This document shows, piece by piece, positions 1 to 11,700 of a stretch of 64,000 bases of DNA. The stretch comes from a virus. The position numbers were made by a program, and so were the translations under genes. The notes under the pieces were generated by a model. That model saw only the letters and a list, made by a program, of their open reading frames with translations, had not been told where the DNA came from and did no database searches. Within the stretch, counting starts at the first letter, position 1; each line of letters begins with the position of its first letter. Where the stretch lies: the IMG/VR virus record IMGVR_UViG_3300034072_001395, positions 1 to 64,000 of that record. One strand, given 5' to 3'.

Positions 1-653
1 AGCAGGTCCTCTGCGGAGACGGAGAGCAGCGCGTCGAGGTCGATGGCGGCGGTGACCCGGCCCGTTGCGTTCGGGCCGATGAGGACAACCCCGGTCCCGT
101 TCGTGACGCCGACCGTGTGTACCGCGCTGCTGTCGGGGTCCACCACGATGGAGCACAGCGCCGTCGCGCCCGAGCCCGTCGTGACGGCCAGCGTGCCACT
201 GTTGATGCCGGACAAGGTGTCGGCGGTCGTGAAGTCGATGTCGACCGCGCCCACGGTCCACTGCGCGCCAGTCGACGGAGATGCGATGTCCACGCCATGA
301 ACGGCCGTCGCCAGGGTGTTCCCTTCCGCGTCCTTGGCAAGCAGCATGTGGACGAAGGCTTCGCCGTCCGCCGCGCCCGAGTAGGTGTAGGGGCCGAGCC
401 CCGTCCCGGTCGCGCTCACAGTTCCGGTCACTTGCTCGATCACGGACTGGTACGACGCGATCAGGCCGTCGGCGTCGGTGAACGCGCCGAAGGTCTTGGC
501 CGATGGCGAGCCTCCCGCGGCGACGCTCTGCGACGTGGAGGACGGCGCGACCACCTGCGCGGGCGGATCGACCGACGCCACCGGCGGGGTGAACGGAGAC
601 GCGCCGAGCGCCCCGTTGCGAGGGCGGATCGAGTTCCAGCCCTGGTTCGCCAT
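1..653 (-). CDS. Virion structural / tail-fibre-like protein, runs off the left edge (partial)
   Basis: ATG at 653 overlaps the TGA of the upstream gene (TGATG). Frame is open to position 1 (MANQGWNSIRPRNGALGASPFTPPV...), T/S/G/A-rich. Absent from the ORF track because it has no stop in the window. Confidence 0.6.
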   Translation of the reverse strand, partial: MANQGWNSIRPRNGALGASPFTPPVASVDPPAQVVAPSSTSQSVAAGGSPSAKTFGAFTDADGLIASYQSVIEQVTGTVSATGTGLGPYTYSGAADGEAFVHMLLAKDAEGNTLATAVHGVDIASPSTGAQWTVGAVDIDFTTADTLSGINSGTLAVTTGSGATALCSIVVDPDSSAVHTVGVTNGTGVVLIGPNATGRVTAAIDLDALLSVSAEDL

Positions 654-1078
654 CAGCCGCGCCCGGCGTGCATGTAGACGGCGCGCGCGGTCACGTTCGC
701 CGTGCCTGCGTCCAGCTTGAGCTGGAGGTACAGCGTCCGGTGGATCCGCGAGGCCGTCTCCTCGCCGGCGATGTGCGCGTGCGCAGTCTCGCAGTCCACC
801 GCCGCGGTGTATTGCGTGCTGCCGTCCGCAAGGGTCTGCCACGCGGCCGCCTCGACGACGGCGGTGATCGGGTAGCCGCCGGCCTCGTCGGCGGACAGAT
901 ACCAGTCGAAGCTCACGGCCGTGACAATGTTCGAGAACACGATAGTGATCTGCCCGACCTTCGTGTAGCTCGGCTTCGTGCCGGCCTCGAAGTCGGTGAA
1001 CTGGTACTCCGCCCAGGAACTCGACGCTGCCGCTTCGGTGGTCGAGCACCCGCTGGGTACGAGCTGCCAGGTCGCCAT
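653..1078 (-). CDS. Hypothetical virion protein (141 aa)
   Basis: Start MATWQLVPSG with GGAGGG RBS; beta-rich; coupled to the downstream gene. Confidence 0.65.
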   Translation of the reverse strand: MATWQLVPSGCSTTEAAASSSWAEYQFTDFEAGTKPSYTKVGQITIVFSNIVTAVSFDWYLSADEAGGYPITAVVEAAAWQTLADGSTQYTAAVDCETAHAHIAGEETASRIHRTLYLQLKLDAGTANVTARAVYMHAGRG

Positions 1079-1127
1079 CGCGCCCTCCGTCCCCGCCAGT
1101 CTAACACGATCGGGGGCGATCGGCCAC

Positions 1128-1156
1128 TTGCGCGTGCGCGCGAGACAGGCTATGCG
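1128..1156 (+). promoter_or_regulatory. Putative sigma70-like promoter TTGCGC-17-TATGCG
   Basis: Upstream of the 1182 ORF; same hexamers as the promoter at 52317-52345. Confidence 0.45.
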
Positions 1157-1181
1157 TGTGTGATAGAAGAAGGCGCTCCCA

Positions 1182-2783
1182 ATGAGCCTGATGGATCGGC
1201 ACTTCGCCGACATGGTCAGTCGGCTGACCACCTCGACGCGCTACGACGGCATGGCGTCTGTGCCCGGCTACGGTCTGGCGAACACCAAGCCGCCGAACGT
1301 CACCACGTCGAACATCACGGTGCAGCCGTTCAATATCACGGACCTTGACAGGAAGGAGGCGCCTGTGGCGACCGTCCCCGCGACTTTCAAGCTGGAGCCT
1401 GGCGCCTTCTACGCGGCCGTGATCGTGCCGCGTGGTGCGGGCAAGCTCACGATGGACAGCGAGTTCCTCGGCTACGCCTACGCCGCGGGCAACTCCGCGC
1501 AGATCCGCGAAGAACTGCGCAAGCAGGGTACGCTCTCCCGTCTCAAGGAGGACAGCGCGTGCGTCCTGATCGGCGCGTGGATCACGGTGACCGGGGACAT
1601 CGCATCGCTCAATGCCCCGAAGTACGTCTCCGCGGTCCTTGTCGAGGAGTGCGGCTACGATCTGGAGCGCAGCGCGTGGCTTTACGCACAAGCCCGCCAG
1701 GGCAATCGAGACTTCGCCCACGTCAAGCCGATGGCGCAGCCGGCGAAGGCGCAGGAGGCGCCCGCTCCTGTCCCGGTGGGGAAGGAAGCGCCCGCCCCGG
1801 CGAAGAAGGCGCCCACGAAGAAGGTTTCCAAGAAGAAGGAGCCCGGCGTGATCATCGAGCCGAACACGTTCTACGCGGCTGCTCTGGTGCGTGATGGCGA
1901 AGGCCCGCTGCGCGACGAGGACATCGTGGCGGTCACGCCTGCGGGTGAGCACTTCTACGAAACCCCGCAGGAGATCGCAGAGGCGCTCGGGCTCGCGGGA
2001 TCCGATCACATCCCTGACGGGCGCAGCGTTGTCATCGGCCTTTGGCGTGAGTTCACGGTGCGGCGTGACATTGGGCTCTACGACTACATGGACTCGGGCA
2101 CAACGGCGGAGTGGTTGGTGCGCATGATCGACGACGCGATCGCATCCTTCGAGGAGGAGCAGCGCACCGCTTCGCCAACTTCTTCCTTGAAGTCCTTGCG
2201 CGCCTCCGAGCCCGCTGTTACCCCTGTTGAGGCGGTCGCCCCCGCGATCGTCGCCACCCCCGCCGCGGCTGCCGCCGCGATCGTCACCACCCCCGAGCCG
2301 GTCGTCGAGCCGGTGATCACCAAGCAGGAGCCCCCGATGGCCGCCACTCCCTCCACGCCCGCCAGCACCAACCCCACCGACGCCAGCACCGCGCTGACCA
2401 CGCACGCGGACTGGAACCGCAAGTTCCTCTCCTCCGGCATGGAGGGCGCGAAGGACGGCGTCGCGGCCGCCGCCGCGGAGCTGGTCACCGACGCCACGCT
2501 CAAGGCCCTGTGCGCCGCCTTCCCGTCCGCGAAGATGTGGGTCAGCATCATCAACGACACCGACATCGGCCGCGCGACGCTGCTCCTCCTGACGCCCTTC
2601 CTGATCGGGCACCTCACGCTCGTGATGCCCGGCGTCGTCCCCGGCGACCCCGAGAACGTGCGCGCCATCTGCGGCCGCGCGTCCCGCGCCATCGTCAGCG
2701 GCCGGTTCGCGTCCTTCCTGACGAACCTCCGCAGCGGGCTCGTCGGCGCCTTCAAGGGCATCGACGAACTCAGCGCCGACTAA
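1182..2783 (+). CDS. Hypothetical protein with an internally duplicated domain (533 aa)
   Basis: Long ORF with GC3-biased codons; two copies of EPxxFYAAxxVxxG...VxIGxW; inverted relative to its neighbours. Confidence 0.8.
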   Translation: MSLMDRHFADMVSRLTTSTRYDGMASVPGYGLANTKPPNVTTSNITVQPFNITDLDRKEAPVATVPATFKLEPGAFYAAVIVPRGAGKLTMDSEFLGYAYAAGNSAQIREELRKQGTLSRLKEDSACVLIGAWITVTGDIASLNAPKYVSAVLVEECGYDLERSAWLYAQARQGNRDFAHVKPMAQPAKAQEAPAPVPVGKEAPAPAKKAPTKKVSKKKEPGVIIEPNTFYAAALVRDGEGPLRDEDIVAVTPAGEHFYETPQEIAEALGLAGSDHIPDGRSVVIGLWREFTVRRDIGLYDYMDSGTTAEWLVRMIDDAIASFEEEQRTASPTSSLKSLRASEPAVTPVEAVAPAIVATPAAAAAAIVTTPEPVVEPVITKQEPPMAATPSTPASTNPTDASTALTTHADWNRKFLSSGMEGAKDGVAAAAAELVTDATLKALCAAFPSAKMWVSIINDTDIGRATLLLLTPFLIGHLTLVMPGVVPGDPENVRAICGRASRAIVSGRFASFLTNLRSGLVGAFKGIDELSAD

Positions 2784-5700
2784 CGGCCGCCAACCCGCGG
2801 CGGCCTCTCCTTCATCGCCGCCGGGTCGAATGGCAGCGTCGGGTCCGGGTCCGCGATGATCGTCGCGGGCCGCCCGAGCGCCGCCGCCCAGAGCTTGAAC
2901 ACCGTAGCCGCCGGGTCGGTGGTGTCGGCCTCCTCGATGACCTTCTTGACCGCCTCGATGTCCTTGACGGTCTTGAGCGCATCCGAGGGCATGTAGTTCG
3001 TAAACAGGTTCACGGCGGCGATGACCGTCGCGCTGGTCCGGTACTCGGTCACATGTGTGACCGTCTCGCCGTTGGCGCTCTCAAAGGGCAGCGGGAGCGC
3101 CGTGCGCTTCACCTGCACGAAGTCGGGGTTGGCGCGGATCAGCAGGCTCGCCAGCGTCTCGGGGATCCGCACCGTCGCGCCCGTCGGGGTCTGCGCGCTC
3201 GCCCCCTCAAGGACCGTGCGCACCTCTTGGAAGAAGGGCACGTCCATCGCGGTGTCGGCCGAGAGGAGCGGATCCGTCGCCGGCAGGTAGTCGATCGGCT
3301 CGCCCATCGCGGTCGTGATGCCGCTGGCGGACGCTCCGAGGACGTAGCCGGCGAGGTTGCCGAGGGACGCGAAGTGCGAGATCGCCGACGCCAACTCGGG
3401 CTCCTGCATGATGAACAGGGCCGTCTCGTGAGGCGACGCCGTGCGGGGGTTGTAGTAGCGCAGGCCGACGACGCCGCGGTCGCGCGCGTACTGCGGCAGC
3501 GTCGTCTCCGACCCGCGCCCAGGGGCGATCCGCCGCGGGACGCTCTGCTCATCGTCACGGCTGGCGAAGGCGCGCGCCCCGATGGCGGCCCGGCTGGCCT
3601 GCGCCGCCGGGAGCGTGGTGTACGCCTGCCCCTTCACGAACACGCGGGCGCCAACGCTACCGCGGACGATGCCGCGGAGGGACGCCACACGCTCGGGCGG
3701 GAGCGGGTAGCCGTACTCGTCCTCCAGGGCGCCAACCATCGACCAGTAGAAGTCCCGCTGGGTCGGGGTCATGGCCCGCGCGTCGATGCCGTACTCGTCG
3801 GTGCCGTAGGCGTCGACGACGTTCTGCATCAGGGAGAAGGTGCCCTGGTAGTAGCGGCGCATCCGCTTGAGCGCCACGAGCCCCTGCGCGGTCGCGCCGA
3901 GGTCGAGCATCCGGCGGTTGTTGTTCTTTGACCAGGCCCAGAATGGCAGGAAGAACCGGAGGATCAGGCTCCGGTCGACGCCGTGGACGGTGCGGCCGTA
4001 GTTGAGGAGCACGGCGGCAGTCGACCGCGCGGCGCTCACGGGGTCGAGCCCGTCGCGCATCATGGTGACGTACAGGGACAGCCGCTCGATCTGGCCGACC
4101 GCCTCGATCGTGTTGGTGGTGGTGTCCGCCATGAAGTTGACGAACTTCCAGGGGGCGCGCAGGATCTCGCGGGCGACGCTCGGCGGCGTGTCCGGGTTCG
4201 CGGCCAGGAAGGCGCGCGCAGCCTTGGCCGGGTTCTTGCGCGCGTCCTCGATGGACATGCCGACGAGGAGGGCGAAGTTGGCGTTCGAGCGCACCGCGGT
4301 GTCGAACGAGGACAGGACGCCGTAGGTCTGCGCGACCGCTCGGAGTTCCTGCGCCGTCATGGCGCCCGCCGGCGTGCGGACCGTCACCGGCTCGCCGAGC
4401 CAGATCGCCCGGACCGATGGGTCGAACATGCCGCGCGCCGCCGCATCCGCAGCCGCATCGGCCGCCTTCTGGCGAGCTGCCGGGTCGGCGGTGCGGAAGA
4501 ACTCGATGATCCGCTCGGCCGCCGCCGCGCCCTGCTCGCCCACGTCGAGGAGCGTGCCGCGCAGGGAGGCCGCGTCTGCGCCGCTCTTGATGCTCTGCAT
4601 CACGGGGGCCAGCCCGGGGATCATGCCGTACAGCGTGCTCGGAGCCGAGCGCACCAGCGACAGGATGCCGGCCTTGACGCCGATGTCCGTGATCACCCGC
4701 ATGAAGCTGTCCACGGTGTCCGTGACGATCTTGCCCTGGCGGAGCGCGAACACGCCCCGGATGGCCGCCACGTTGGCGAGGCGCACGAGCCGGTCGGCGG
4801 TCGCCTGCGCCATCGCGCCCGCGCCCCGCGCCCGGAAGGCGGAGAGCGACGGGTCGCGGGCCTTCATCAAGGACTGCCCGAGGGCCTGCGCCGCCGAGGA
4901 CGGCAGGTACTCGCGCCGGCCGGCGATGTCGACCTCGACCAGCGTGTCCGCGGGACCGAACACCCGGAGGAGCCGGTCGGCCTCGGCGCGCTCGCTGGGC
5001 TCGATGTATTCGCCGTTGAGCGCCCGGCTGAGGAGCGCGCGCTGGTCGGGCGAGACGGCGACGCCGGCCTGCATCTGGCGCCAGGCCGCGTGCCGGGCCT
5101 GCGCGTAGGCCGCGAACATGACGGCGAGGTTGATCGCGCGGGTGTTCTGCGCCTGCGCCGCGTCCGTCGTGTTGAGGCCGACGATGCTGGTGATGTCGTC
5201 GAACAGGCGCTTGATCGCCATCGGGTCGGCGTAGTCGGGCGCCGGGTCGAGCAGCCGCTCCAGCAGCGGGAGGTCGCTCGGGGTATACACGTTGGGGTCG
5301 GTGTCACCCTGCATGAACAGCGTCCGGCGGAGGTCGCCCAGGAACTCGGGGGCGATCTTGCCCTGCTCGACGCTGATGGTCTGGCGCACGGGCGCCCGGT
5401 CGACCTGGGCGCGCATGATGACGCCGAGGGCGGCCTCGACCTTCGGGGACACCTTCGAGGCGGCGCTGGCGCCGTCCGTCGTGGTGACGATGTAGTGCTC
5501 GTTGATCCACGCCGGCACGTCGATGCGCTCGCCGCGCTTGCGGGCCTCGCGGGTGGCCTCGATCAGCTCGGAGAGCAGCATCTCCGCGGTGACCTTCACG
5601 TCGGGCACGGGCTGGTCGGTGAACTCGCCGCCAACCACCTGCCGGGGGGCGATGTTCGGCAGGACCGCCTTGCCCTCGTCGGACGCGCGCCACGCCTCAA

Positions 5701-8700
5701 AGACCTCCTGCATGCCGCCCCGGATGACCTCGGCGGCGTTCACGTTGCCGCTCGACGTGATCGGGGCACCGTAGGGGTCCACGAGGCCCGGCTCCCCGGA
5801 CAGGTAGCGGTACATCAGGTCGCTGCTCGGCGACTTCTGGATGATGTTGATCGCGTCGCCGATCCCCTGCTCGACCTCGTTGGCGAGCGTGGCGAGGAAG
5901 GACCGGATGGGCGCCGGGGCGCGCAGGTACGGCGCCTGGGCGGCCGCCCCGATGAAGGGGATGGAGAGGATCTGCGCGATCTGCCGGATGAGGGGCGGGC
6001 CCTTGCCGTCGTCGTAGAACGGCGCGCTCAGGGCCTTGTCGATGGCCTCGGTCAGCGACCGGGCAACGACCCGCTCGCCCGCACGGCGGACACCGATGGG
6101 CGGCGTGACGGCCTCCACGTCGATCGCCTTCTGCGCCGACCGCCCCGACCGGATGGCGGGGATGTCCGCGGGCGACACGGGGGCGAACCCGCGCGCCGTG
6201 AACAGCGGGACCGGGTGGTAGTTCACGGACAGGTGGGGTTGATCGTCGATGAACGCCTGCAAGTCGTCGGGCGGCGTGACGCTCTTGTCGGCGGCCTTCT
6301 GCCACGGGGTCGCAGGCACCGGGACGTGGAGATCTCCAGTAGCAAGGTTGCTGCCCGCCATGAACTCGACCAGCTCGTCTTCCGTCATGCTCGACTTGAT
6401 GATCCGCTCGTAGATCGCCACGCCGAGCGCCTTGCGGGTCTCACGGTCCGCCCGGTTGAACTCGGCGCCCGTGATGCCGGCCGCCTGGAGCGCCTTGCGC
6501 TTGGCGGTGTAGCGGATGAGCGCGTCGTCGAGCGCCTTCTCGTAGGCCGCCGCCGAGTACGGGATGTCCTCGCCAGCGAACCGGATGACGATCTGGTAGT
6601 CGTCCGTCTCCTCGGCGGGCGGCTTGAGGTGCTTGGCGATGACGGCCTCGGCCTCGTCGGACATCGGCTTGACGAGCGCCTTGGCGGGGACGCCGCCCGG
6701 CGGGTCGATCATCAGCGGCACGGTGGAAGCGCCGTAGGACACGCGCGTCTGGATGCCGCCGGTCGCCGGCGGGGAGCGCACGCCCTCCAGGGCGGTCAGG
6801 GCGCTCTTGAGCGCGCGGGCCATGCTCGGATCCTCCAGCGCCGCCTGCGTGGCCTCCGCCGCCTCTGGGACCGCCCCGAAGAACGGCGCCGCCGTCTGGC
6901 CGCGGAGCATGGCCGCCGTGCGCTTGGCCGCGAGGCCGCGGATCTCGGCGTTGATGCGCAGCGCGCTCTCGATGGCGTCGAGTTCCGCCGACTGCGCCAC
7001 GAGGCCGTTGGCCGTCCGGTACTGCTGCGCGTCCGCCTGGATCTGCTCCAGGCGCGCGGCCAGCGCGGCCAGGCCACTCTCGGCGCGCTCGACGGCCTTC
7101 TCGTCGGGGGAGAGGGCCGCGCGGGCCCGCTCGTTGACGACCTTGAACACGATCGCCGCACCGGCCTCGTCGGCCTGCACGTCGTCGGCGAAGGTCAGCG
7201 GCACGTCGATGTAGTCGGCCCCGGCCAGGTCCTTGTTGCCCTGGCGGACGCGGGACGCGACGTTGAACAGCGCCTGCACGTCGGAGGCCGACCGCCCCTC
7301 GATGGCCTTGATGTCGCCCTTGTCGTCGACGACGATCCGGGCGATCACATCGAACACCGGCTCGCCGCCCTTGGCCTTCGGCGGTACGGCGGCCGGAGGG
7401 GGCGCGGGAGGTGGCGGCGGAGCGGCCTGGACGGGCGCAGGAGGCGACGCGGGCTCGGGGGCGGGTGCCTGGGTGGGCGCGGGCGCAGGCGCGGCGGAAG
7501 GGGCCTCCACGGGCGCCGCCGGGGGCGGGGCCTCAACCGGCGCCTTCGCCTTGGCCGCCTCCTTGGCCGCCTTCTCCGCCGCCTTGGCCTCGGCCTTGAT
7601 GCGCTTGGCCTCCGCGCCGAACGTCCCGGTGAACGCCTGCGGGATGCTGATGGTGCCCTTGGACCCCTTGGCGAGTGCCTCGATCTGCGCCTTGATCGCG
7701 TTGCCGTGCGCGACGATCTCGTCCGGGGTGAGCAGCGTGTTGCGCGCCACGAAGTCGAGGAAGTCGCCGTCGCCCTTGGCCGCCAGGAACGCCGCCCGGT
7801 CGAGGTCAGAGGCGAAGTCCACGTTGCGCGTGCCGACCTTGAGCGTCGGGGTGCCGCGGAGGTTCGCGGGGAGGCGCGGGTGCTTCTCCGGCTTCGCCTT
7901 CGGCGTGGCGTCCTTCGGCTTGTCCGCCTTCGCGGCGGCCTCGATGGCGCCGGGCACCTCGACCTTCTTGATGTTGTAGACGGTGTTGCTGCGGTTGCTG
8001 AAGGCCACCTCCAGGCGGAGACCCACGGCGCGGATCCGCTCGTCAACCGCCGCAGCCAGGGCGTCGCCGTACTCGCCCGTGGCATCCACGATGAGCGTCG
8101 GGAAGCCCTTCGCCGCAGACCGCTGGATGGCGGTGCGGTGGAGGCGATCGACCTCGGCCAGAGCGGCGTCGGCGTCGTCCGCCTTGTCGATGAACTCGCG
8201 GACCTTGGGGCCCTCCTCCGGGCGGCCGATGTCGTCGGTCTGCCACTTGCCGAACTTGACACCCTCGGGAGCGGGCACCGCAGCCGGCACGCGGAGGATG
8301 GTCGGCTTGTCGGGGTCGGCGCTCCCCTTGGTGGTCTTGCCGACGGCCTCGCTCAGCGCCTTGGAGACGGCCTGGATGTTCGGCATATCGGCGTTGAGCA
8401 TGTCGAACGGGCGCCCGAGCACGGAGGACAGGAAGCCTTCGATGGAGCGACGCGCATCGTCGGTGAGATCCGTACTGGCAAGCGTGTAGATTGCCGCGTC
8501 GATGGGAGACGCGAACCGCACCGCGTAGTGGCCCGTGCGGTTGCCGACCGTGGCGCGGATCGGGGCGCGGGGCAGGGCGTCGGGCAGCGGGGTCGCGCTG
8601 GCAGCCTTGCTGAACAGCGGCACGTCGCCGATCTGCTTGTTGTCGAACAGGATGGTCTTGACGGCCCGGCCGTAGTCGGGGACGTAGACCATCGCGGTGC

Positions 8701-11700
8701 GCAGGCCGAGGTCGCGGGCCACGCGATCGAACAGGCGGGGGACTTGATCGTTGTAGAAGGCCACGACGCCGTTGTACGCCTTGGGGTCACTCTCGGGCGT
8801 CGCTCCAACGGCGCGGGCTGCGAGGTCGCCCTCGGGTGCCGCGATGCCCTTGACGCCCCGGCGAGCGGCCTCGATGACGGCGGCGCGGATGCCCGCGAAC
8901 TTCCACAGGTCGCCGTCGAGGGGGCCGTCGCCCTTCACGCCGTCCTTGTTCTTCTGGTAGTGATCGCTCTGGAGTTCGTCCATACCGAACACTTCGCCCA
9001 CTTCGGAGTCGCGGGTCTTGCCGCGGACGTGAACGGCCGTCTGCTCCGTGAAGTGGTAGCGGTACTTGCCCGGCGCGGGGACCTGCGCTGCGTCCTCCAG
9101 CACAATCTCGGCCGTGTCGCGGCCGCCGGGGATCGTGTAAGTCTCGTAGCGGACACCTTCGATGTCGCGCGCCATCTCCCCGGGGCGCGAGGGGTCGATG
9201 CTCGCGCCAGCCAGTGCCTTCTGCCGCTCTTGCAGATTGGCAGCCTTCCGCCGCGCCTGCGTGTAGTCGTCCACTACGGGCTGCTTCATCTGCTCGACAA
9301 GCGCCTTGCGACTCTGCTGCGGCGCCTTTGCCAGCTCAGTCACGCCGAAGCGACGGAAGAAGCCGAGATTTGCGTCGACATGAGCAAACAAGCGCACCCA
9401 CGGGGCCATCTCCGGAGATGCCTGGCGCGCAAGGCGGTCAAGCACCGCCGCGCGGTGGCGATTGGGCACATCAAGCAGCGCATAGGGCAGTCCTGCAAGG
9501 GACACAGAAGCAACCCCATCATCAGTTGCGCCGCTCAGAAGGGAGTGCGCCTTGTATTCCCGCACGAAGTCAGCCGCGTCCTCGAAGTGTATCACGGCGA
9601 TTGGCGCGTTCACGTCAACGACAGGGAACGCCTGTTGCGCAAGCAGGGACTCCAACTCGTGCGCTTCCCCTTCCGCGCGCCTGACGAGGTCCGTCGCCGC
9701 GTCTGCCTCCGCAAGTGCGGCCTCCAGTGCCTCCTCCACCTGACGGCGCCCGACAAGCGCAACGCCGCTTCCGCGCACCGTGAACCGCTCCAGCGTCCCG
9801 CGCAGGGCCTCGCTCGCCTCCTCCTTGGTCACGAACTTGTCGCCGCGACCCTTGACGCCGTCGATGAACGCGGCGTAGCCGAGCACGTCCTTCTCGGCGT
9901 CCTTCACGCCGCGCGTCTTGAGGTGCGCCTCGAACTGGTCGACGGGCATCCGCCGGCCGGGCATGGCCTCGATGGCCTTCTCCATCCGCGAGACGAAGCC
10001 CGGGGTGACGAAGGCGGCCTCCTCGGCGACCTTGCTGAACATGGCACCAGCATCGACGCCCTCCTCGATGGCGCCCGCCGTGTCGTCGAACTTGTCCGCA
10101 GGCACCCAGGCGAGGCTCTCAAGGAACTTGCGCGTGCGGAGGTCGAAGGCACCCTGCGCGACCACGGGGGGCACGCCGTTGGCGAGGTCCTCCAAGAACG
10201 CGGTCCACCGCTCCTTCAGTGCGCGTTCGGCGGCGGCCACTTCGGTGATGTCCGAGAGCGCGCCGCTGCGCAGGCGCGCCATGAACAGGTCCTCTTGGAA
10301 GCCGCGGAACGTCTCGGCCACCGCATCGTGCCCGTGCGCCGCCGCCACCTGCGTATACATGCTGCGCGCCACGTCGGCCAGCGCGTTGAGCGCCTGCTCA
10401 GCGGGAGAGCCGACGCGCAGCGTGCCCTTGGCAACGCCCTTCTCGACGACGGCCTTGGCGCTCTGGATCAGCACGAGGTCGGTCATCTTCTCGACGACGT
10501 ACTCGTCGAAGTTGGCGTAGCGATACGCGCCTTCCGGGTGGAAGTCGGACAGTCCGCCCGCGACCGCATCGAACGCGCCGGGGGTGCGCGCTGCGAAGGC
10601 TGCGCGCTCGATGATGAACTGCTTGTAGAGCGCCGCGAGCGTGTCCTTCGGCAAGAACTGGCTCATGGTGTGCCAGACCTCGTGAATGACCGTGCGTGTG
10701 AACGCCCCCGAGTCGATCGTGTGCCGCGCGATCCCGACGACCTGGCTCGCCATGTAGTTGACGCCGCTCACCAGAGACGCCGCCGACGAGTTGATCGCAC
10801 TGGAGGGGACAACGGCAAGGGCGAGCCCCTTGAGGCGTTCGGTTCCGAGCATCGAGACGAAGTGCTTGATCACATCGTACTCGTAGTCAGTGACAGTCCG
10901 CGTCCCAGCCCCCGCGCGACCCGCCCGAGCGCGCTCACGCCGGATCACGTCGAGGATGCTCTTGCGACCCTTCCGCCTCCGAAGGGCTGCCCGCTCGAAC
11001 CACGTCAAGGTGCTCCGCTTGAAGCGCGACGCGGACGCATTGGTGAGGATCGTCGCTGCGTCATCCGTCAGCGCCTCCCCGGCCTCTGCAAGTTCGCTCC
11101 GCGCCGCTGCGCGCACGCTCTCCAGGGCCCCGCGCAGTCCGTCCGTCGTCGTGCGGCTGTCGTAGAAGCGCCCGAGCGCGGCATACACCGCAGCAGACGT
11201 CTTCGGCGGCAGCGGGATGGCCGCTTCAAGGACAGCCCGCATCGCATCCAGCGCGGGGTAGGGGACGTACTCAAGGCCGCTGAAAGTCTCGATCGTCCGC
11301 AGCATGCCCGAAGCCACCGCGTCCGCGGCACGCAGGGCGCCGCCGGCAGAGCGATCTGCGCCCCAGGGCAGAGAGCCGGCGCTGCGCTGTGCGAACACGG
11401 CGCGCATGTCGTCCACTTCCTTGATCGGGAAGGCATCGACAATCTGCGCCAGAAGGTCCGCTTCCTGCGGATCGTGGAGAAGTGCGGCGCGCAAACGTGC
11501 GGGAGATGCCTCCGGGAACGCTGCCATCAGTCGCGCCTGCGCTGCGTCGTGCGCTGCGGCCAAGAGGCGAGAGCCGCGAGACGTGCCTGCGTAGACCTCT
11601 CCCGCCTCCTGGCGCACGGCTGCGATGATGTCCTCATAAGCGCGCGGGGCTGCCGACTCCAGAACCACGTCCTCGATCGTCTCCCGCGCCACCTCGCGCG

